Positions 59,750 through 64,000 of a DNA stretch of 64,000 nucleotides are shown here, one piece after another. Source of the DNA: Plasmodiophora brassicae (taxonomy: Eukaryota). The notes below the pieces were generated by a model. It was not told the origin of the DNA, did no database searches, and saw nothing but the letters and a program-made list of their open reading frames with translations. The first letter of the stretch is position 1. The number at the start of each line of letters is the position of its first letter. The position numbers and the translations under genes were made by a program. The stretch covers positions 744,001 through 808,000 of the forward strand of contig CP145421.1 of NCBI GenBank assembly GCA_036867785.1. The letters run 5' to 3'.

Positions 59750-62133
59750 ATGTCGTGCCGCGAGATCAACTGCTGTACGTGTGCCGCCGGCCCGTTGCTC
59801 GGCGCCCGCCGCCCACTGACCGTCGTCTCAGCTTGCGACCGGTTCGTCGGGTCGGCCGTCAACCCGACCGAATGCATCTGCCAGCATTCCTGCGTTCGAC
59901 ATCGGGTCGCGCGCGCATCCTGTCCACGACCCCACCTGGCACAGCGCCAGACCGGTTCGTCGCCGCCGCCCAACGCCGTCCCCCAGCGCATCGGCCGCAG
60001 TCATTCGCATTCAGAATCCTCCAAGACTGCTCGACCGCTTCCCTCGTACCATGATCCGTCCTGTAGCGGCCCGCCATCTGTCTGACGCGTTCCCATCCGT
60101 AGGTTGTCGTCGTTGAAGAATCAGCCGACATCGAAAAGCCTGGAGGATGTCAGCACACGACCAGCGTCGTCAGCAGCAGCGCCTGTTGTGCCGGCGACGA
60201 ACAATGTGCTCAGTGACGGCTCTGTACAACAACGGGTGCCCGTTTGTCGTCCCGCCTGGTGCTGATTTGTCGACAGGGGAAGGCGACGTTCGCGTCGTAC
60301 CTGCCGCACGCGTTCGACAAGGTGAAGGATCAGCTGGAGACGGGCATGGCCGAGGTGTACCGCCTGAAACAGTTCGTCATGAAGCTGTGCCAGATGCAGC
60401 AGGACTTCAGCAACGAGCTGGCGACGCTCGTCAAGCGCGAGAAGGACAAGATCGCCATGTGGCGCAAACCCGACTTCATGGTGTCGTGCGGGGGCGCCGT
60501 CCTCGACGTCTTCGAGAAGGCGGAGGAAATGGCGCGCATCCACAGCTGTTTCGCCACCGAGGCGCGCCTGTCCGTCGTCGAACCTCTGCAAACGTTCGAG
60601 GAGATCGGCAAGCCGATCCTGAACCGGATCATCGACAAGGAGCGCTCGATCACGTCCGGGATGGATGCCCGACGCTCCCTGATGGAGAAACGCAAGGCGG
60701 AATGCTTGCGCCTGCTGTCAGTTCATGCTGGCGACCTGGGCATCGACGCATCGTCGCTGGACCTGAACGCGCAGCGCCCTGCACGAAGCAACCGCGGCGG
60801 GATGCTGCTGCACAAGATCGGGACGCGCGCGGCTGAGGTCCTCGGCAAGGCCGACGAGGCGCGCGTTCGCAACGCCCAGGTGGTCGAGAAGGCGTGCGCG
60901 TCGTACTCGGACGAGATCGCCATTTCCAACCACATGCTGCACTCGTACACGTCGCGCGAGGTACCCGAGCTGCTGTTCGAGATGCAGAGCCTGGAGGAGA
61001 TGCGCATCAATTCGGTTCGCGGGCACCTGGAGGCGTTCGGCGCCCTGTTCTCGCCAATGGCAACCAGGTACCAGGCGCTGTCGGACGGCCTACGCCGGTC
61101 CTGTGCCGCGATCGACCTCGACGGCGACATTGTCGGGTTCTGCACGAACGCCGCGTCGCAGTACGCTGATGGGTCCAGGCGCCTGGACCCGTTCCAGTAC
61201 GAGCTGGCGATCCCGTTGGACGAGATCCTGCGCCTGACGTCGTCGGTCGTGAACGCGTCGCCGCCGCCGTGCCCCGTGTACTTCAAGACGACGCTGGACG
61301 GCATCATGGAGCGTCAGCGGGAGTCGTCCGTCTACCCGGAGCACACGTTACCGAATGTGTTCACGGTTCTGAAGGCGGCGGTTGTTCGTGCCGGTGGTCT
61401 GACGACCGAAGGCATCTTCCGCGTGTCGCCGGAAGCGTCCGCCGTTGTCGATCTCGCGCGTCAGTTCGAGTCCGGTGATCTCAGGGTACCTGCGGATACG
61501 TCGCCGCACGTGCCGGCCGCGTTGCTGAAGAAGTGGATGCGTGAGCTGACGTCCCCGATCATGCCGGATCAGTTGTACGAGGCGTGCGTCGACCTGGGGC
61601 GACAGACGGCGTGCCCTGGGCGGGAGCGATTGCAGAGCGTGATCGGACAGATGCCGGTGCATCACGCCAGGCTGATGACCGCGGTCCTGCACCTGGTGCA
61701 ACAGTTCGCCGCGCACGAGGCGGAGAACAGGATGTCGGTCAAGAACCTGTGCATCGTCCTGGTACCGTCCGTGTTACGGTGCCCGGAGAACGCCGACCCG
61801 ATCCAGGTGATGAAGAACGCCCAGTTCGAGTGCCGGTTCCTGGAGTACTGCGTCGAGGCCGTCGACACGTCGTCGTACCCGGTCGGCGAAGAGGACGACG
61901 CCGTCCGGTTCCTGAACAGCGCGGCGGTAGACGCCGTGCAACCGTCGCCCAGAGCATCGGTCTCATCAGACAGCCCAACGCGAAAGGAGGCGGTTGCCGA
62001 CGCCAAGAACGGGCCGGAAACGCCGGCCGTGCCGCCGTTGCTGCCCATGTGGAGATCGGCGTTCGACGCCGACGGCAAGCAATACTATTTCCATATCGAG
62101 ACCAGGGAAACCACCTGGACGCGACCGTGCTGA
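59750..62133 (+). CDS. F-BAR + RhoGAP + WW protein with an N-terminal Cys/His motif
   Basis: F-BAR-like helical region (MQSLEEMRINSVR); RhoGAP GLTTEGIFRV, PAALLKKWMREL, NRMSVKNLCIV; WW LPMWRSAFDADGKQYYFHIETRETTWTRP. The 5' exons are inferred. Confidence 0.88.
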
Positions 62134-62296
62134 AATACATCAACACGACCCGCGGTGCGACAATGTAGCTTCGGAGTTCTGTCTCCACTGCCTCTGCTGT
62201 ACCTACAGTAGTATTGCATATTCTGCATCCCCACCTGCTTGCGCAATACGTGTCGTGCTTCGCTATTCTGGGCGCGGCGCGTGTGAGACCAGTCGG

Positions 62297-63418
62297 ATGT
62301 CGGATGTGGATGACGGCAACGGGCGGAAGCGGTGTCGCGGCGCGGCGGCGTCCTCGTTGGCCAAGCGACGATCGCTGCTGCGGATCAGCGTGCCGTCGTT
62401 CAGTGCCGTAGACAACGACGATGGGGACGGGACGGGCGCTGCTGCCGTCAGCGCGGTGCACCCGACTGCGCTGTACGACATTGTTAGGGAGCTCTGCAAC
62501 ACAGAGCAAGGCAAGATCCTGTTGGCGAAACGGCGCTCGCTTGGGGACTTGCTCGTGCTCAAAGTTGTAAAATCGCATTTAGGTAGCGGCATCATGGCGG
62601 CACAACGGATTCTATCTGATCTTGTTGATGTAGCACGGAAACGACGATCGATTGCGGGGGATGAGCTTCCCGATGACGTTCTGAGTGAGATCGAGGTGAT
62701 GCAGATGTTGCATCCGCCGGGCCATGAATCTGTGATCAAGTTCGTCGAGGTCCTGCATTCGGCGAATCACATTTGGATCGTGATGGAGTATGCACCTGGT
62801 GGCGATCTCGTCGGTCTCATGGGTGCCCCGCTGTGCCGACAGCGTTTGAGACGGTACGCCCGACAATTGCTCGACGCCGTTATGTTCGTCCATTCGCGAG
62901 GGGTCGCGCATTTAGACATCAGCCTCGAGAATGTCTTCATCGGTGCGGACGACGTGATCAAACTGGGTGACTTCGGGGTGGCGCGACGAGTGCGTCAGCA
63001 TTGTGGACGCGTGGGGAAACTGGCGACGATGGCGCCGGAAGCGTTTGCGGGTGACGAGACGTTCGACACTTTCCAGGCCGATATGTGGTCCGTTGGCGTC
63101 CTGCTATTTTCTTTGGCCTTCGGCAGACCTCCGTTCTCCGAACCAAGCCAGGCGGATCGTGGATTTGCAGACGTTATTGAGAACGGATTCGAGGGCATCG
63201 CGCGGGTCGCTGGTGTCGAGTTGGACCAGGACAGGCCGCTACTCGAGTTTCTTGGCTCGCTGTTGACAAACGCCGGGTCGAGATTATCAGCTCAGTCTGC
63301 AAGGTCTCATTCCTGGTTCACTGTGCAAGATGGTGACGACAAGAAGGATGCTGATGACAGTATAGTTGGCAGCGACTCTCCCAATGGTGACGGTGGCGTC
63401 GAGCGAACCTCAGACTGA
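62297..63418 (+). CDS. CAMK-like Ser/Thr protein kinase (non-RD), intronless
   Basis: LVLK, EIEVM, IVMEYAPGGDL, AHLDISLEN, DFG, MAPE, ADMWSVG. Confidence 0.88.
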   Translation: MSDVDDGNGRKRCRGAAASSLAKRRSLLRISVPSFSAVDNDDGDGTGAAAVSAVHPTALYDIVRELCNTEQGKILLAKRRSLGDLLVLKVVKSHLGSGIMAAQRILSDLVDVARKRRSIAGDELPDDVLSEIEVMQMLHPPGHESVIKFVEVLHSANHIWIVMEYAPGGDLVGLMGAPLCRQRLRRYARQLLDAVMFVHSRGVAHLDISLENVFIGADDVIKLGDFGVARRVRQHCGRVGKLATMAPEAFAGDETFDTFQADMWSVGVLLFSLAFGRPPFSEPSQADRGFADVIENGFEGIARVAGVELDQDRPLLEFLGSLLTNAGSRLSAQSARSHSWFTVQDGDDKKDADDSIVGSDSPNGDGGVERTSD

Positions 63419-63437
63419 CAGGAGTTTGCGAAGGATA

Positions 63438-64000
63438 CTATCTGTGTATGGAGCTAGGCGCTATGGACGACGGCGAATCAACTAGCTTGTGCTGCGACCG
63501 CAAGACAAACGCATGCGACAAAACGGCCGTCAGGTCTGCCTCCGTCCACGACGATGTCGGATCGTTCTGAAGCGTCGACAAGATATGCTCCATATCCATG
63601 TTCTGTTGGGATAGCAACAGTCAAACATTGCAAGGAATGTACACAACCTGGGACGCAAACAGGCCTTCAGATTTGGTGCGAACGTCAGCAGGAACGCAGC
63701 GCAGACGAAGACATGGAAGCCGGCAAACCCTTTCTCCTCAGAGAAGTACGTGTCCCACAAGCGCACGATCAGCGGCAGCGACAGTTCCCGCATGAGGAAC
63801 TGTAGGAACAGTTAGCCGTCGAGCAATAGTCAGCGTTTGAGGCAATCGTACGCAATTCATCCAGCGGTATGCAAAGAAACTGTACTGGACTTCTTGCGAT
63901 GCCAGGTGCTCATTAAGGCGCGCTGTGAAACCAGCTCGCTCAGCAGGTGAATATCGCCGTCCGAAGGTACGCATGCTTACGGTCGATGATACCCATGAGG
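63438..64000 (-). CDS. TBC-domain Rab GAP (Gyp1/TBC1D22-like), 3' part
   Basis: FAYRWMNC|FLMRELSLPLIVRLWDTYFSE...FHVFVCAAFL...LQNDPTSSWTEAD. Confidence 0.9.

Overview
A gene-dense, GC-rich eukaryotic window: about 33 genes in 64 kb, with very short (about 50-65 nt) GT-AG introns and a few GC-AG introns. The compaction, intron size and flagellar-type genes (MORN/RSPH1-like, EF-hand-WD40) suggest a zoosporic protist such as a plasmodiophorid; this is inference only. Recognisable genes include PLD (3' end), a SHLD2-like OB protein, TMEM33, PRPP synthetase, neutral sphingomyelinase, an NTPDase, a 13.4-kb HERC-like HECT ligase, eIF3L, a NIPA transporter, RPS25, a PITAIRE CDK, RPN2, QCR6, GMD, mitochondrial uL4, PTC7, a CDF transporter, an F-BAR-RhoGAP-WW protein, a kinase and a TBC GAP. 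Highlights: (1) an orphan protein with 14 C-P-A-F-x(n)-C-P-F repeats, a candidate multi-heme or metal-binding protein; (2) an intronless 3x cNMP-binding + RGS fusion; (3) a 44-49 kb rearrangement hotspot with a tandem duplication showing reciprocal gene loss, a 1.2-kb nested inverted repeat of an orphan ORF, and a perfect 59-bp palindrome best explained by template switching; (4) a ZnT10-type (ND/HD) CDF transporter; (5) a 77-aa fascin-less FRG1-like gene missing from the ORF track. I saw no rRNA, tRNA, CRISPR array or intact transposase. Exon boundaries and family assignments were made by eye and from recalled motifs, not from searches.
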